A stretch of 64,000 nt of DNA from Armatimonadota bacterium (GTDB lineage Bacteria; Armatimonadota; HRBIN16). Shown piece by piece: positions 62,279 to 64,000 of the stretch (position 1 is its first letter; each line of letters opens with the position of its first letter). Both the position numbers and the translations under genes were made by a program. The stretch is from positions 2,592,001 to 2,656,000 of the forward strand of contig OY781964.1 of NCBI GenBank assembly GCA_963677485.1, given 5' to 3'. The notes beneath the pieces were generated by a model, which was not told where the DNA came from, did no database searches, and was given only the letters and a program-made list of their open reading frames with translations.

Positions 62279-63535
62279 ATGAAGTTTAGGAACCTGCTGT
62301 GCTGCTGTCTGGGGCTGATGGTGCCCATAATGGGTCTGCAAGCCAACGACGCGGATACGATCTATACGAAAGACAGGGTGAGCGCGCAGCAGTTCGTGCT
62401 GTTCCCCTGGGGCGGGATGCCCGGCAAGACCGCCAACTTCTGGGGCGCTCCTGCCAGCATGGATGCCACCATGAAGGGCCTTTGGGAGGCGGGTTTCAAC
62501 ACCACGGGATTTACCGAACTCGAGAACATCAAGGTTGCCCGCAAGTATGGCCTCTCCGTGATCGCCAACGGATACCCGATGAAAGCCAAGATGGACGACG
62601 AACAGGCACTGGCTGCCGTCAAGAAGATGCTGTCGCCATACAAAAATGACAAGAACCTGCTGGCTATTTACCTTCAGGATGAACCGCCATCGTCATCCTT
62701 CAAACGGCTGGGGATCGCCGTGAAGGCGATCAGGGCTGTTGACAGCCGTGTATTGCCCTACATCAACCTGCTGCCCAACTACGCCTCCAATGGGATGCTG
62801 GGTGCGGAGAGCTACGAGGCCTACATCGACAAGTTTGTGCAGCAATGCAACCCCAAATTCCTCAGCTATGACAACTACGCCATCTTTGAGAGCACCGGTC
62901 TCGATGCCGACAGGTTCTATTCCAACCTGGAGACCATGCGGGCGAAGGCGCTGCACTTCAAGCTTCCCTTCTGGAATATCGTGCTGGGTAACTGCCACTT
63001 TGAATACGCTCCGCCCTCTCAGGCGACCATCTCGCTGCAGATGTACTCCAGCCTGGCGTATGGCGTGCGTGGTCTGGCCTATTTCACCTACTTCACACCC
63101 ACCAGCGGGAACTACCGGCTGGCGGCGATTGACCAGTTCGGGCACAAGACCAAAACCTGGGACTACATCCAGTTTGCCAACCTGCAGTTACACAAACTGG
63201 CTCCCACCTACCTGAAGCTGAGCTCGGTGGGCGTGTTTCATACACCCAACGTCCCCAAAGGCTGCCGCGGTCTGGAAAGCAGCGTTTACCTGAGTGGCAT
63301 CACCGGCAAGGACCTGCTGGTGGGGGAGTTTGAGGCTCCGGACAAGACACCCTACATTTTGGTGGTCAACAAAAGCCTGACCACAAGCACCCCGTATATG
63401 CCCACATTCAAGGCAAGCGGAAAAGTGATGTATACTAACGCCTATCTGGGCACGGACGATGACTTTTCGGGTGAGAACTGTTTCCTCGCTCCTGGTCAGG
63501 GGATGCTGCTGCACCTGCAGCGGGTGAAGGAGTAA
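62279..63535 (+). CDS. Secreted glycoside-hydrolase-like protein, paralog 3
   Basis: GAGGAG RBS; EAGFN, LQDEP, LSYDNY, LAYGVRGLAYFTY. Confidence 0.65.
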   Translation: MKFRNLLCCCLGLMVPIMGLQANDADTIYTKDRVSAQQFVLFPWGGMPGKTANFWGAPASMDATMKGLWEAGFNTTGFTELENIKVARKYGLSVIANGYPMKAKMDDEQALAAVKKMLSPYKNDKNLLAIYLQDEPPSSSFKRLGIAVKAIRAVDSRVLPYINLLPNYASNGMLGAESYEAYIDKFVQQCNPKFLSYDNYAIFESTGLDADRFYSNLETMRAKALHFKLPFWNIVLGNCHFEYAPPSQATISLQMYSSLAYGVRGLAYFTYFTPTSGNYRLAAIDQFGHKTKTWDYIQFANLQLHKLAPTYLKLSSVGVFHTPNVPKGCRGLESSVYLSGITGKDLLVGEFEAPDKTPYILVVNKSLTTSTPYMPTFKASGKVMYTNAYLGTDDDFSGENCFLAPGQGMLLHLQRVKE

Positions 63536-63614
63536 GGCTGAGGCTGTAGGCTAACCGGGACATTGGATTCGCAACGGGTATATGTCTGAACCACGGATTA
63601 CACGGATGGACAGG

Positions 63615-64000
63615 ATGGCCTTGCGGCGCCTCAGACTGCTTCAGCAGGCTTAGTGGTCAATAGCCGAGACATTGATGTCGTGGCGGGGGGGTGGTTGGTG
63701 TGCTTACCGGCGTATCAACCGGATTGACCCCCGTCCGGGGGTAGGATTTACGTGCCTTTACCAGGGGTTTCGCTGCGCTCACCCCTGGCTGTAAGAATCT
63801 TACCCACTTCGTGGGTGCCCGGATGGCCTTGCGGCGTCGCAGACTGCTTCAGCAGGCTTAGTGGTCAATAGCCGAGACATTGATGTCGCGGCGGGGAGGC
63901 GGTTGGTGTGCTTACCGGTATAACAGCGAATTGACCCCCGTTCGGGGGTAGGGTTTAAGGGCCTTTTCCCAGGGGTTTCGCTGCGCTCACCCCTGGCTGT
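63615..64000. repeat. Second tandem multi-hairpin REP-like array (runs off the window end)
   Basis: Same unit as the array at 61424; unit boundary at 63795. Confidence 0.88.

Overview
Bacterial chromosomal window, moderately GC-rich. The dcw layout with DUF881 and sbp and the many secreted glycosidase-like genes suggest a Terrabacteria lineage such as Armatimonadota; this is a weak inference. Contents in order: a GH36 alpha-galactosidase running off the left edge; accessory genes (YgjP/M48 protein, orphan ABC ATPase, serpin, histidine kinase); an AddA/UvrD-like helicase with a 1-nt frameshift in Walker A; five tandem membrane proteins resembling M48 peptidases without HExxH; the dcw cluster mraZ to ftsZ (no ftsA or murB); a seven-gene putative lipid biosynthesis operon; and three paralogous secreted proteins. 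Intergenic DNA is crowded with REP-like hairpins and 8-9-nt periodic inverted repeats. Two observations stand out. (1) A three-layer nest at 57.8-61.9 kb: a class IIC group II intron sits at an exact position in a REP-like repeat, and its RT gene is split by a 1656-bp element bounded by CTAA. That element encodes a ~506-aa protein with Rep_trans-like motifs and a winged helix, with no DDE or HUH motif that I can see, so it may be an unconventional insertion sequence. (2) The operon at 45.1-52.7 kb (UbiA, radical SAM, DAGK-like kinase, ThiL-like kinase, OYE, AOS/SPT-like enzyme, extended SDR) may make an undescribed sphingoid or amino-lipid. All family assignments come from motif reading by eye, with no database searches.
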